From: Vitrella brassicaformis CCMP3155
Taxonomy: Eukaryota; Protista; Chromerida
DNA length: 30,311 bases
Assembly: GCA_001179505.1 (NCBI GenBank)
Contig: CDMY01000690.1
Coordinates: 1 to 30,311, forward strand
Reading direction: 5' to 3'
This document shows, in pieces, positions 1 to 11,657 of this stretch. The notes beneath the pieces were generated by a model. The model ran no database searches. It was given only the letters and a program-made list of their open reading frames with translations, and was not told where the DNA came from. Positions within the stretch are counted from its first letter, which is position 1; each line of letters opens with the position of its first letter. The position numbers and the translations under genes are program-made.

Positions 1-1914
1 AGGTGGAGGGGGTTGGGTGTAGTCCGATACACGCTCGCTCATCCGAAAAGGAGGAGAAACAGCCGAGAAATCACCAACTCAATCATGGGGGGTAAGATGA
101 ATGAATGGTGGCCATGTCCATATATAAGTGTCCATGTATGGCATCATGAAGGGTGGTCAACACAGATCTCACTTCGGTGATGGCTGATAAGATCGTGTCT
201 CCTCAGAATGCTTTCCTTGTCTTTTTTTGTCTTCTCCTCTCTCTCTCCGTTACACAGCAATCTACCCTAGCTCACAAGCTCGCAGTGGTTCGTCTTGCCA
301 AGCTGGCAATCCTGACAGATGGGACTGTCAGTAGCACCCTACATGAGCCACGAAGCGGTGCATGAGTCGATTCCGACGCCCCCAATCACCAATCCATCAC
401 GGCATGATGGCTGTGGCCCCTCACCGAGCAGACAACACGTACGCCCAGTGCTGACAGTGGTGCATCCATACAACTCGCCGCGAGGAAGCCAGGCAACCAG
501 GTGAAAAAGAGGACACCAGGGGGGTGCGTCAGAGGCAGACAGTCGGATGGTTCGTTGTGTGCAGGTCCCTCGTTCGTTGGTCGACAACACAGCGAATATG
601 GATGTGTGTGTGCAGTGAGAGGGAAAGGGCCCATCGGATGGAATGACTGAGTGAATGAATGATCGCTTTCCTGCCTGTGCAGGTGAGGGGCCGAAGGTGT
701 GGTCAATCAAGACACCGGACACGCAAGGCACAGTGACTGAGCAACAAGGCGATCGTGGGAGAAAGGAAGGAGGGGCATGGCAGAGCAGCAGCAGCAAAAT
801 GGCGGGACGAAGGCCGTGGCGGAGTCTGGGTGAGCAGGACCGAAGGATGGGCACGTATGTGTTTGGGATGTACGTATGAGTGGTCATCTGTGCTGTGCAT
901 GCAGTTTCTCTCTCGTGGCATGGCAGCTGTGGGAAGGCCTGATCGCCGACATGAATGATGTGGTGAGAGGCTGCACCGGTCTGCCCGTCTGTGTGGTGTC
1001 AGGGTTAGCGGATTACGAGCCGACGAGGGAATGCCAGCGCGTAATCAATATGACACGCATGTCCACCTTGCCGTTTTCCATCTTCCATCTTTTCCGTGCA
1101 GGGCACATGGGTACTCGCATACATGAGAGGGAAACCCACCGATGTCGTTGCTCTCACGTAAGCACCATGACACGCACGTGAACCGTTCGTCGAACAGCCA
1201 GAGGCAGCTTTGTCACTTGTCTGTGTGTCAGGACTCCGCGTGAAGGGGGAGTGATCGGCTACCGAGGATGGGGAGCGCCCGTCGGTCCGTGTGGCCTCTT
1301 CCTGGCGCCTTGTGATCGATGTTACCCAATCTATTGAGCCACTGTACCCTCACCACAATGGGTATAGACACAAGTGGGGCTCGGCCGCCGGTCTCCCTGA
1401 CTAACATCTCATCTGTCGTGCAGGGCATATGGGTAGCTACATGAGGGAGAGAAGGGCGTGGATGTCACTGCTCTCACTGCTCTTCTGTCGTGGCTTTGGT
1501 TGCTAAGCTATCTGCCGGGTGCCGGCCATGCCATCGCTGTGTGCCAGGTGTTGAGTAGGCAGGATCGGTGCATGTGTGTCTGGACTGTTGATGTCAGTGA
1601 GGCGATCCGATTTTCGAAGGCCATTCAGTCCATGAAGGGGTCCACACAAGGCCAATGAAGGTGAATGCCACCTCACCATACACACACTCGCAAACCATGG
1701 GATCAAATCATCCATTGCAAAGGTGAAGAAGAAATGCAAGCCGTTCCGGTCCACAATGCTGGCTGGTCGAGTAGAGGATGCCTCTCTGAGCACCCAGATA
1801 TGTCGGCGGGCCAAAAAAAAAAAGGGACAAGATCGATCAAAGTGGGTGGATTTCATGCGATCTGACCTCATGTGCGGCAGCAGCCATTCTCTCTGCCTCT
1901 CTCTGCTTCTAATG

Positions 1915-3220
1915 GCCTCCCGTTGTCCGCAGAAAACGAAATTCAAATGCGGCGAGATCTTTGCGAGCTGAGACGGAGACAAAAGAGATTTACGAGACGG
2001 CGGGCCGTTTTTCACATTTTCCGCCCCAGTTCGGCTTTGCAGCCTTGTTTTGGCCACAGATTCTCCGTTTCTTTTCCGTTTCGGCTGGTTGTTGACTTGT
2101 GTTGTCCGCCGCATCTCCCTCTACCCCTCCCAACTCGTCCGCATTTCATCCGCCACTTTTTTCCTCCACCGCCGTGCCCCGGGCGAGGCCTCGTTTGGTG
2201 GCGCCATGACTTCTGTGGAGCGGCTGGCGACTGCCTGGCGCCTGACGAGTGCGCACGCGCCTTCTTCCCCCCCAAACCGACCTCCACCAGGTGAGTATAT
2301 ATGAGTGTGGCCTCGTGCGTCCTGTCTCTTGGGTGTGGTGATGGGTTGGTGTGTGGATGATGTGTAGGGATGAATGCATGGTGCATTTCGTTGCCATGAG
2401 TGTGCTCAGATGCCTCCTGTTGCCGTGTTTGTGAGTGCAGATGCACGGGTGGTTTATTCTTTTCATTCCCGTCTCTTGTTCTCGACGCATTTATCTGAAG
2501 ATTGGTGAGGTGGGTGAGTGCCTCACTCAGTTTGGTGTTGACGCGCACGTAAGGTTCCCTGTCTGCCTCCCGTTGTCCGCAGAAAACGAAATTCAAATGC
2601 GGCGAGATTTTCGAGCTGAGACTGCGAGCTGAGACGGAGACAAAAGATTTACGAGACTGCGGGCCGTTTTTCACATTTTCCGTCCCAGTTCGGCTTTGCA
2701 GCCTTGTTTCGGCCACGTTTCCTCCAGTCCTTTTCCTTTTTGGCTGGTTGTTGGCTCGTCTTGTCCGCATCTCCCTCTACCCCTCCCAACTCGTCCGGAT
2801 GTCGCCCGCCACTTTTTCCTCCACCGTCGTGCCCCGGGTGAGGCCTCGTTTGGTGGCGCCCTGCCTTCTGCGGAGCGGCTGGCGACTGCCTGGCGCCTGA
2901 CGAGTGCGCACGCACCTTTTTTCGCCCAAACCGACCGCCAACAGGTGAGTACATATGAGTGTGGCCTCGTGCGTCATGTTTCTTGGGTGCGGTGATGGTG
3001 TGGTGTGTGGATGATGTGTAGGGATGAATGCATAGTGCATTCCGCTGCCCTGGGTGTGCTCACATGCCTCCTGTTGCCGTGTTTGTGCGTGCAGATGGGC
3101 TGGTGGCTTTTTCTTTTTGTTCCCGTCTCATTTTCTCGACACATTTCTCTGAAGATTTGTGAGGTGGCTGAGTGCCTCCTTGAGTTTGGTGTTGACGCGC
3201 ACGTCAGATTCCCTGTCTGC
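1915..3220 (+). repeat. Tandem duplication of a ~650-bp unit (1915-2564, 2565-~3220) containing a promoter-like region, a first exon and an intron
   Basis: Both units start GCCTCCCGTTGTCCGCAGAAAACGAAATTCAAATGCGGCGAGAT and align to ...GTTGACGCGCACGT. Copy 1 has ATG at 2206 (MTSVERLATAWRLTSAH) followed by a CAG|GTGAGT donor at 2291. Copy 2 has CTG at the equivalent position (2861). Confidence 0.9.
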
Positions 3221-3599
3221 TGCTTTTCAGATATGCGATCCCTTGGTCAGACGAAAAAAAGCCGAGAAAAGAGACAGATTTTACGCATTTTGAGTATTTA
3301 TCTTTCTGTCTTACAGCAGGTCGGGAAGTTTTCACAGGCCGGGAAGTTTTCACGACGACGACAACCTCCTGACCAACGAGAAGCCATGCGTATGGAAGCC
3401 ATAAAGGTAGTCGCGTATTCACGTCTACTGTGTCAGAAACTCAGCATGCTCACTGCATCGATCAGCAGAAAAACGGGCTGTGTTTTCAGACAAATGCGGA
3501 GCTTCTGAGTACGCCAGTCGCTTCATTCGCGCCGTGACAAGGCTGTTCATATCGTGACGGGCACTCGACATCTCTCCCCCTTTTTGTCTTGTGTTTCAG

Positions 3600-5530
3600 C
3601 TCAGCAAGGGAAGTCTGGCGGCATCGTTGCCCTCAGCATTATCCTGAAGGCCACTCAGGTACGTAAGGGAAGAGGATAGAAAATATATTTGCTCATGTCT
3701 CCTCTGTGTTTCCTTTGATTCTCTTCGTATACTTTGCCGCTTCGGCGGCCATCGACTGGCCCCAAGCTGCCCGACTGGTAACCCCCGAATCTGACATCCA
3801 TCCATACATGTGCAGACCTTTGTGGCTGGCTGGCTGCGTTCTCTGTTGGCTGCTCCCCTCGTCATCGCCGTCAAGAGCCCTTCACTGGGAGCCTTGGGCA
3901 CTCAAGTAAGCGTGTGCGCATACACGCGCGCGACTTGTTCGTTTTGGTGTGGATGTGTATATGGTCACCTCAGAGTTTCAGCGGGTTCAAGCCGAAGGTC
4001 ACGAAACCCTATGAGGCGGGACCGGCCTTGGCACACGACGTGTGCCACCCCGTGCCAGCGCGAGCCACAGGCCTCTCCCTCTCTCCCTCCGCGTCCCTGT
4101 CCATCTATCCGTCCGTCCGTCCTCCATGCGAGCATGGGAGGCAGAAACCGCGGGAATCGTCGTCGCCGTCAGGCACCCCTCCAGGTCTGTTTGTGTCGTG
4201 TGTGTGTGTGTGTGTGCACTTCTGGTGTGTGAGCCAAGAGCTGGGCAATCATTGTCGAGGGGTCATGTCGACGAACGAGCCCAAGCCATCGCCCGATATG
4301 GTCGACAGCTGGCAGGTCATGGTGCCCACGCAGTCAGAAGCAACGACGCGAGAATGAGGTATGCTGAAGGAGGGAGGGTGAAGGAGGGAGGGTGATGAGG
4401 GAAGAATAGGGAAGAAGGAGGCATGTCGGGAGCCATTCTGGGCTGTGCTGTGCTCCTCATCTTTCACAGCACGTCAAGGAGGCGCCCGGCTCGCCCACCG
4501 CAAGCACAAAGAGCGCTGAGTCGAGTTCCCACAAGGTATGCAGAGCGACTTACATGCGCATACACGCGCGCGACTTGTTCGTTTTGGTGTGTGTGTATGG
4601 TCACCTCAGAGTTTCAGCCAGCCGAAGGTGAAGAAAGTGAGCACAAGGCGCGAATGGTGTATGCATGAATGGCTGTCTTGTCTCTTCAGGTTTGGGTGCC
4701 GAAGCTGGTGCAACCCAAGGTCACCGACACGGTATGCAAAATGTGTCGTGGACCTGGGGTTTTTGTGTGCACTGATGTCTGTGTCAGATCTGCAGGTGAG
4801 CACGGCGCCCACATTTCGAACACGCATGCCTGATGAATCGCTGGTGTGTTTGTCTTGTCAGGACTTCTCCGGTCTGCCGAGCCGTCAGGACAACAGCAAG
4901 ACCAGTGGCAACTCGGGCAAGGTGTGTAGAAGTGTACGCACGACGACATACACGTGTGCATGCCCATATGTGTGTACTTCACTGCAGCCTGTGACTGAGG
5001 AGACAGTTTGGGGCACGTCTGTGCCCGCAACCACCACCACCATGGCCACGAGAGTGCGCAAAGCTTAGACACACACTCACATCCGCGCATCGGCAACGAG
5101 ATGATGGCACGTCTGTCTGTGTGGGTGTGCTCAGGTGTGCGGACATTCCTGTAAGGACCACGACAAGAACCACACCAAGGTGAACAGCAACGACCACCAC
5201 AAGGTGCGCACCATGCACACACACACGCGCACACACACGTGCACACACATGCATCCACGTGTCACACATTGCCTGCATATCTGTGTGATTTCGTAGAAGA
5301 TGGAGTGCTGGTGGTGCTCTCACATCGGGCACAAAATGAGCCACTGCCCGGAGATCTGGGCACTCCCCGCCGAGATGCGAGTGGAGATCCTGGGTTTGTA
5401 GGTATGCATGTCTGTGTGGCACGTCTCTGTGTGAACGTCTTTGTGTATGCAGCATGTGGATGTGGAGTGCTGGTACTGCCAATGCCGCGGCCACAAGATG
5501 AGCCGCTGCCCGCAGGTCCTCGCACTGCCC
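3600..5530 (+). pseudogene. Spliced gene fragments ending in two tandem CCHC zinc knuckles
   Basis: Small AG/GT-bounded exons (e.g. 4691 VWVPKLVQPKVTDT, 4862 DFSGLPSRQDNSKTSGNSGK). Knuckles CWWCSHIGHKMSHC at 5306-5347 and CWYCQCRGHKMSRC at 5468-5509 both fit CX2CX4HX4C. I could not build one continuous ORF. Confidence 0.6.
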
Positions 5531-5734
5531 TTGGAGCTGCTCCTCGGCCGCTAGGACACCCAATCACCCACACCCACACACGCCCACACAGACAGCGACC
5601 GAGGGCATCAAGGTACGTAAAACCATTGGATGGCGGGTGCAGTCAGATGGAGTGATTTGTTTCCTGTCTCTTTGTAGGCCGTCAATTGCTGCCTACGTTT
5701 TATATCCAATCGGCCTCTTGTTCTCACTTCCGCA

Positions 5735-7089
5735 GCAGCTGTGTCTCGCATGTCAGCGTGACCTCGAGGCTGACAACCATCATCGCAAGACCCAGGTGAT
5801 GTCACACGTGCAGAGAGACGAAGATATTCATTCTGATCTCTGTCTGTGTCCTGTGTTGCAGCTGGTCGAGTTGATGAAGATCAAGCTTCGCCATGCTGAA
5901 AAGGACAGCATCAACCTCATCAACCAGCTGACGTCAATATGGGCCAACAAGAGGGTCATCGAAGACTTACGTACTGACGACCGATGTCATTCCGTTTGCG
6001 TGTGTGTGTGTGATCACAGATGCTTGGAGTCCAGTTTGGCGCCCCTGCCAAGGACACCGTCGCCCGTCACGTCCAGACTACCAATGTACGTTCACAACAC
6101 GACACAGACAACACAAGACACACAGTCTCTCGCTCCCTCTACGCCTCCGTCCGTGCCGTCCGTCCACCCACCCTGCCATCCATATGGGAGGGAAGTCGGG
6201 CGGCAAGAAGAGGCAGATCCGTGTCAAGGCCGCCAAGAACGTAAGCGAGGGAGGAAGATATGGGCGGGAGGGGAGGGAGGGAGGCTGATTCGCACCGGAG
6301 CGGACGCCTGTGCGTGGCTCCTGTTGGCATGCCTTTTTCAGGCCATGTCGGTCTCTGACGCCTCCGCCCCGTCAACGCCCAGCACCGCAAGTACCGCCAG
6401 CGCCACCGAGGTGCGCGAATTACTGGCTCGCTGGGCGTCTCGTTGTTGCAGTTGTGTCTGTGATTGCGGTGATCTACAGGCACGAGTCAGGCTGCTCGAG
6501 CTGCAGCTGCGGGACATAGCTGCCGACAACGTGCGCAAGACACAGGTGATGATGCTACACGGGGAGAGAGGCAGAAAATATTCATGTTGAACTGTGTCTG
6601 TGTCCTGTGTTGCAGCTCAATGAGTTGATGACGATGAAGCTTCGCAATGCCGAGAAAGACAACATCAACCTGCTGGAGCAACGTGTGTGCCATGTGTGGC
6701 TCCTGACACGCCTACCTCCTCGACTGGCAGCGGTGACGCTGCCAGTGGAGGAGCGGACAATGTACGCCTGACGGGCTGTGGGGCGTACATCTTTGCTTCG
6801 TCTCTCAGGAAGGGATTCGTCTGCTCAAGGAGAAGTTGCGCGCCGAGCGGGAGGTGTGGGCCAAGAAGGAGGCCTTCTTAGAGCAGGTTGGAGGGAGAGG
6901 GAAGGCGGGCTGATGGCTGCCAACAACCTCTGCTGCCCTGTCTTTCAGGAGATACTAGGTGTCTGCCGGGAGAACTCTGAGTTGAGCCTGGTAAGGTCAT
7001 CGACTAACAAATGCCAATCCGAATGCCGTGTGGTGTGTGCGCAGGAGCTGGCGGCCGCCAAGGATGACAACCACCAGCTACTCGAGTAG
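5735..7089 (+). pseudogene. Duplicated coiled-coil exon modules fused out of frame
   Basis: Exons ...DNHHRKTQ|LVELMKIKLRHAEKDSINL (5735-5960) are duplicated as ...DNVRKTQ|LNELMTMKLRNAEKDNINL (6480-6681). At ~6685 the second copy is fused out of frame to a copy of the CVAPDTP/EGIRLLKEKL/EILGVCREN/ELAAAKDDN module, which ends in TAG at 7089. Confidence 0.65.
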
Positions 7090-7392
7090 GTCACGGATGC
7101 CACCTTCAAGAAGCCAGCAGTCAGGGTAAGCATGAGAGGAGTGACGGCTTCAATTATGCATTTGTGTCTGTGGGTTTGTGTGTCAGACTACTGCGGTGCA
7201 GACGGTACTGCCTGCCCAGCTGGCTGCCTAAGTGCCTGTGTGAGAGTTCCATCTCTCCCTCTCTCTCTCTCGCTCCCTGCCTCTCCCGTCCATCCGTCCG
7301 TCCCGTCGCTCGGCACGCGAGCGAGGCGGCATCTGAGGGGGTCTGGCTGCCTACCTGCCTGCCACCAGCCTGCCTGCCTGCCTGCCTGCACC

Positions 7393-8339
7393 ATGGCACG
7401 CCACCGTCCCGGCAAGAAGGCCGCCGCTCGTGCGGCATGTGTGGCACCCGACACGCCTACCTCCTCCACTGGCAGCGGTGACGCTGCCAGTGGAGGGGCA
7501 GATAAGGTCCGCCTGACAGGCTGTGGGTACTCATCTGAATGATCCCATGTGTGCTGCGACTCTCAGGAGATTATTCGTCTCCTACGGGATAAGCTACGTT
7601 CCGAGCGGGAGGAGCGGGCCAAGACGGAGTCCATTCTCCAGCAGGTAGGAGGGAGAGGGAAGGCGGGCCAATGGCTGCCAACAACCTCTGCTGCCCTGTC
7701 TTTCAGGAGCTACTGAAGCTGTGCCGCGTTAATTCTGAGTTGAACAAGGTAAGATCGTCGACTTTTAACACATGCCAATCTGAATGCCGTGTGGTGTGTG
7801 TGCAGGAGCTGGCTGCCGCCAAGGAGGACAACAAGAACTTGCTGGACCAACTGCACGTGTTGGTATGCGCCACCCATTCACTCACACATAAGCAGATCGA
7901 TGTGCATTCATTCTACGTCTGTCTGTGTGTGGGTGTGTGTGCAGGTCAACGAGCCGAGCCTTGATGTTGCGGGGCGGCACTCCCTCCTGCTCCTCCTGCG
8001 ATCGTAAACCTCACACACATCCATCCACTCACAACATGGCCAGATCCAAGTGCACCTGCGTCTCTGTGCATGTGTTGTGTGTGCAGTCTGGTTCCCTCGG
8101 TGCTGGTGCTCCTGACGTTGGTTCGGTCGCTCCTGGAGTTGGCAAGACCTCCACGACGTCGCCTGCCGGCAATGTACGCGCTCACACACAACATCAACTC
8201 ATTCATGGGCAGGTCCCGTGACAATGTGTGTGTTCAGGACAGAAGCCTCGGGCAACATGCTCGCCGCACCGTCTGAGAGGCCCGGCGAGAGCAGGCAGAC
8301 CGGCAACGATCGGCCGAGGAGGAATCCATGGTGACCAAG
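7393..8339 (+). pseudogene. Seven-exon coiled-coil protein gene, disrupted
   Basis: ATG at 7393. Phase-0 exons 7393-7506, 7567-7644, 7707-7748, 7806-7862, 7945-8003, 8087-8173 and 8238-8339. The 7945 exon is 59 nt (its paralogs are 57 and 69 nt), which shifts the frame. In-frame TGA at 8274-8276. Confidence 0.7.
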
Positions 8340-8610
8340 GTATGATGGCCAGCTGCCGGTAAGGACACACTTGCCATAATTCTGGACTTCGCTGTGCACA
8401 AGGGCCTTCTATGTTTGCAGGCGTGCAATTGCTGCCTCCATTTTATATTCGACGGCCGTGTTTTTGAGATCCGACGTGCGGCCGCCACTTCCGCATTATG
8501 TCTCGAGACAGCCTGAGAGGAGACATCATCGTCACGATGTTGGACGGGGTTGAGAAGGGCGGCGGGTAAGCAGCGCGCGGCACACACACGGGCAGGGGAA
8601 AGTCACGGAA

Positions 8611-9317
8611 TCTGTGTGCATGGATCTCGTTTCCTGCCCTTGAGATAGAGCCTCGGCGGGCAAATCGCTGTCTACATTTTATATTCGATCGATTGATGAC
8701 GACATATTGAGCCGCACGCCTTGCCCCGCCGTCTGGGCATCAGATGTGAGCTGTCGAAATGTACTGATCAACTCGCGGGTAAGCGTGTGTGTGCACGCAG
8801 GTAAAGTGCCGTCTGCGTCTTACATCTGTGGCCCTCTCCTAGTACTTCATCGTGGACCTGGCGGCTGTACATCGATCGCATCAACATCTCCGGCGGCCCC
8901 ACAGGTACGTAAGTGAGGAAGAACAGAAGAGACTCGTGGACATTTGCTCATGTCTCCTCTTTCCTCTGTGTGTTAACGCATACTTTGGCCGCTTCGGCGG
9001 CCATCGAGAGAGGTATGTTGGCCAAGGTGCCGGACGACTAATGGACACGTCCATCTGTACACACACAACGCACTTATGGGTGCGTCTGCAGCTGTCCGAT
9101 TTGCAAGAGCACTTCGACGCCCAATGTGTGTGTGGGTGTGTGTGTAGGCTCAGAGGTTGCGCGAGGAGTTGGAAGCGGCGCACAAGGACACGCAGGACAA
9201 CCACTACCAGCAAGTGGGCGTCGTCGACACACCCACACAGAGAGAGAGACACGCCACGAGTTGACGACGGGTTATCAGAACTCCATGGCCATCAAGTCCA
9301 CACCGGTAGGCACCATC

Positions 9318-9348
<31 letters not shown>

Positions 9349-10091
9349 GAGCGGCGCGCCATGTAGGTGTGTGTGTGTGTGTGTGCAGGCGAGGCAGAAG
9401 CGAAAGCCAGTCCAGATATACGTCCTTCCAAGAAGAATTAGCGTTATCCCCCCCGCGGAGCCTCCCCATAGGTAGCTTTTTCCCTTTCTCATCATGTTCG
9501 TGCACACGTGTCTGTCTCTCTCGCCTGATGGCTTGCTGTGTACATCTGCAGGAAGCCATGGGGGGGCAGGACTCGGCCATATGACGAAAAGGACGAACAA
9601 AAAAACTTCCGTTGCCCGAAAAGGGTAAGAGAGCAGCAGCCTGTAAGCATCATGGATGGATGCTCATTGTTGTTCCTGTGTCTTTACCCTTCTGTCAGCC
9701 CCACTGATGGGCAACAGCCCTGCTCCTAGTGTTCGCCTGCATGTTGTGTGTGGCGTGCTGTCGTGTGATTTGTGTTCTTCATGTATGTGATGCCTCCCCA
9801 ACGAATTAGCGAATGAGGTAGTCGATGCCATATTCACGCTGGCGGCCGACAGACAGCACGAACTCAGGCAGTCGGGCAGAGCGTGAGCGACCTGCACACA
9901 CCCTATCACTGCGTTCCGACCAACACGTATTCTGTGTGTGTGTGGCAGGTTGCCCCGCGTCCGCTTCACCGCCACCGACTTTTGGCAGAAGCTGGCTGGC
10001 CCCGACGACGGCTACAAGTACAACTACGAAGCCGTCAAGAGCCGCAACAACATCCAGGGCGTAAGTGAGCCGCCCAGCCACCCAACCACCC
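8611..10091 (+). pseudogene. Segmental duplicate A of 14837-16034; truncated N-terminal half of a Ulp1-like protease
   Basis: Colinear similarity to 14837-16034. Exons AQRLREELEAAHK, NEVVDAIFTLAADRQHE and LPRVRFTATDFWQKLAGPDDGYKYNYEAVKSRNNIQG. An early TAA and a ~60-bp deletion remove a donor near 9040. The His, Asp and Cys exons are absent. Confidence 0.8.
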
Positions 10092-10464
10092 TGCTAGCTG
10101 CACCGTGCAGCGTCATCAAGTGAGAAGACAGAGGCCTCACGAATGACACACGCTGCTCATTCCATATTGCTGTGCTGCATGTATTATCGTGCCTTCAGCA
10201 TCACGCTCGACAATCTGTAAGCGACAGTACAGGACACGACAAACCCCATCATCATCAACAGAGCACCCGAGCAGCAGTGGCGTGTGTGTTGAACTTTCAA
10301 TCGTTGGCGGCAGTGGTCGCCGGAGCAGACTCATGAAGACAAAGAGGAGAAGGGGGGCGAGAAGCCGGATGATTTTAACGACACTCGTGTGTGAGGGGGG
10401 AGGGCTCTCTGCCCGCTCACTCGCTCCGGCCACCCACACCACCAAGCCCACGCTGCCGGTGCGC

Positions 10465-11065
10465 AGAGACACACACACATGCATCCGCGCATCGGCAACG
10501 AGATGATGGCACGTCTGTATCTGTGCGTGTGTTCAGGTGTGCAGTCGTTCGAGTTGGAAGACGGCCGTCAAGCACGACAACAAGAACAAGGTGCGCACCA
10601 TACGCACACACACACGCATGTATCCACGTGTCACACATTGTCTGCATATCTCTGTGTGATTTCGTGATAGATGGAGTGCTGGTGGTGCCACCAGCGGGGC
10701 CACAAGATGAGCCGCTGCCCGGAGATCTGGGCACTCCCCGCCGAGATGCGAGTGGAGATCCTGGGCTTCTAGGCACTCCACACCAATACACACACACCTC
10801 TCCCTCTCTGCTGCGTGTCATGATGATGATGTGTGGGTGGATGGATGGATCTGGGGACAGTGAGCACTTGGGCAGCGGCCCCGCTCGCACCTCGCACATA
10901 GCGGCCGAAGGCACCAAGGTTCGTATGAAACCATGAGAGGCGAGTCCAGACAGACGATCTGATTTCTTCCCTACCTGTCTGTCTGTCTGTCTGTCTGTCT
11001 GCAGGCCTTCGATTGCTGCCTACACTTTATATCCGATCGGCCTCTTATTCTTATTCTCGCAGCGC
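10465..11065 (+). repeat. Dispersed duplicate of the zinc-knuckle block at ~5060-5735
   Basis: Shared ATCCGCGCATCGGCAACGAGATGATGGCACGTCTGT intron and the knuckle CWWCHQRGHKMSRCPEIWALPAEMRVEIL (10677-10718). Only one knuckle here versus two in the first copy. The downstream 21-nt motif is also shared. Confidence 0.85.
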
Positions 11066-11196
11066 AAAAATTGGCAGCAGTAATTCCCTCGTAAGCATTG
11101 ACATGTGACAATCCAATGTCCTCATTCTTTCATGTGTCACTTTGCAGACCAGCCCTGCCTACCTGCCTGCCTCTGCCTACGTCCCTGCTGCCGACC

Positions 11197-11657
11197 ATGC
11201 CCAACACGGGCCGAGTGTGCCGACGCGAGTATCGCCGCCTGGGGGTACGTGATGCGAAGAGAGGCGACGATGGGCCGCGAGCCGCTCGTGGCATCCGCTG
11301 GTTGTGTGCCGCAGGTCACCGAGGAGGAGTTCAAGAGGTTCGTCAACAAGAGGCAGCTGAAGGAGCCGCGCACGCCGACAGCCAGCACCAGCATCAGCAG
11401 CAAGGGCAGCTTCAAGGTGAGCACAGTGCCGCGCACACACTTCCACGCATTCAGACGCCTGCATGCCTGTCATTGTCTGTCTGCGTGTGTGTGTGTGTGC
11501 TCTGATCACAGGAGTTCAACTTGTTTGACGAGGAGGACGTGAGTGCGACGCACGTGAAGCTCTCACACGCAACTGAGGAATCGCTGCTGTATGCGTTTGA
11601 CAGGCGTTCGTGGCCCTGCCCGCCAAGACCGAGGTGCCCGACAAGGCCACCATCAAG
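11197..11657 (+). CDS. Four-exon 5' fragment of a hypothetical protein (no end found)
   Basis: ATG at 11197. Phase-0 exons 11197-11244, 11315-11416, 11512-11538 and 11604-11657 give MPNTGRVCRREYRRLGVTEEEFKRFVNKRQLKEPRTPTASTSISSKGSFKEFNLFDEEDAFVALPAKTEVPDKATIK. Confidence 0.55.

Noticed and set aside
153-1000. Protein-coding gene in the first kilobase
   Set aside because: Several acceptor/donor-bounded segments exist, but I found no phase-consistent, recognisable product.
5637-6590. 317-aa ORF, and similar long track ORFs (e.g. 17255-18163, 22441-23427, 24375-25337)
   Set aside because: They read through introns (CVCVC/HTHT translations of TG/CA repeats) or are antisense shadows of real exons.
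8880-8990. Spliced-leader RNA gene (repeated exon + GT donor)
   Set aside because: There is no dinoflagellate/Perkinsus-type SL sequence, no Sm site, and the upstream exon varies between copies.
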